Virus record (IMG/VR): IMGVR_UViG_3300036879_000022
Span: 20,383 to 84,382 of that record
Length of the DNA: 64,000 bases
Strand: one strand, 5' to 3'
Source: a virus
The position numbers and the translations under genes are program-made. Below are positions 61,933 through 64,000 of this stretch, piece after piece. The notes beneath the pieces are model-generated. The model did no database searches. It worked only from the letters and a program-made list of their open reading frames with translations, and was not told the origin of the DNA. Positions within the stretch are counted from its first letter, which is position 1. Each line of letters begins with the position of its first letter.

Positions 61933-64000
<2,068 letters not shown>

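Overview
A 64-kb segment of a large, GC-rich tailed dsDNA phage. The host is very probably an alphaproteobacterium, given the permuted two-piece tmRNA and CtrA-like boxes. No integrase, CRISPR array or reverse transcriptase is visible. Layout: (1) 1-13.1 kb, minus strand, a replication module with family A DNA polymerase running off the left edge, DUF2815 SSB, DUF2800 nuclease, HIRAN and PAP2 genes and two atypical tRNA-like genes; (2) 13.3-18.3 kb, plus strand, a primase-helicase, a Mom-like DNA-modification gene whose 5' coding region is a complete 76-nt tRNA-Gly cloverleaf, an unassigned ~197-nt structured RNA and a permuted tmRNA; (3) 18.3-29.7 kb (minus) and 30.8-45.2 kb (mostly plus), many small early-type ORFs diverging from an AT-rich, palindrome-rich non-coding region at 29.9-30.8 kb; (4) 45.3-50.3 kb, an array of small genes built from a shared N-terminal M(A)KDA(L/K)GHGS leader, a second shuffled motif and unrelated cargo; (5) 52.1-64 kb, terminase, portal, two effector-like proteins with an RDxxGxW leader (an ADP-ribosyltransferase-like domain with motifs out of order, and a zincin), scaffold, an internally deleted scaffold paralogue and a collagen-like fibre gene running off the right edge. 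The best candidates for undescribed systems are the tRNA-Gly nested in the Mom-like gene and the KDALGHGS leader-cargo array. All calls come from reading motifs by eye; no searches or folding programs were run.
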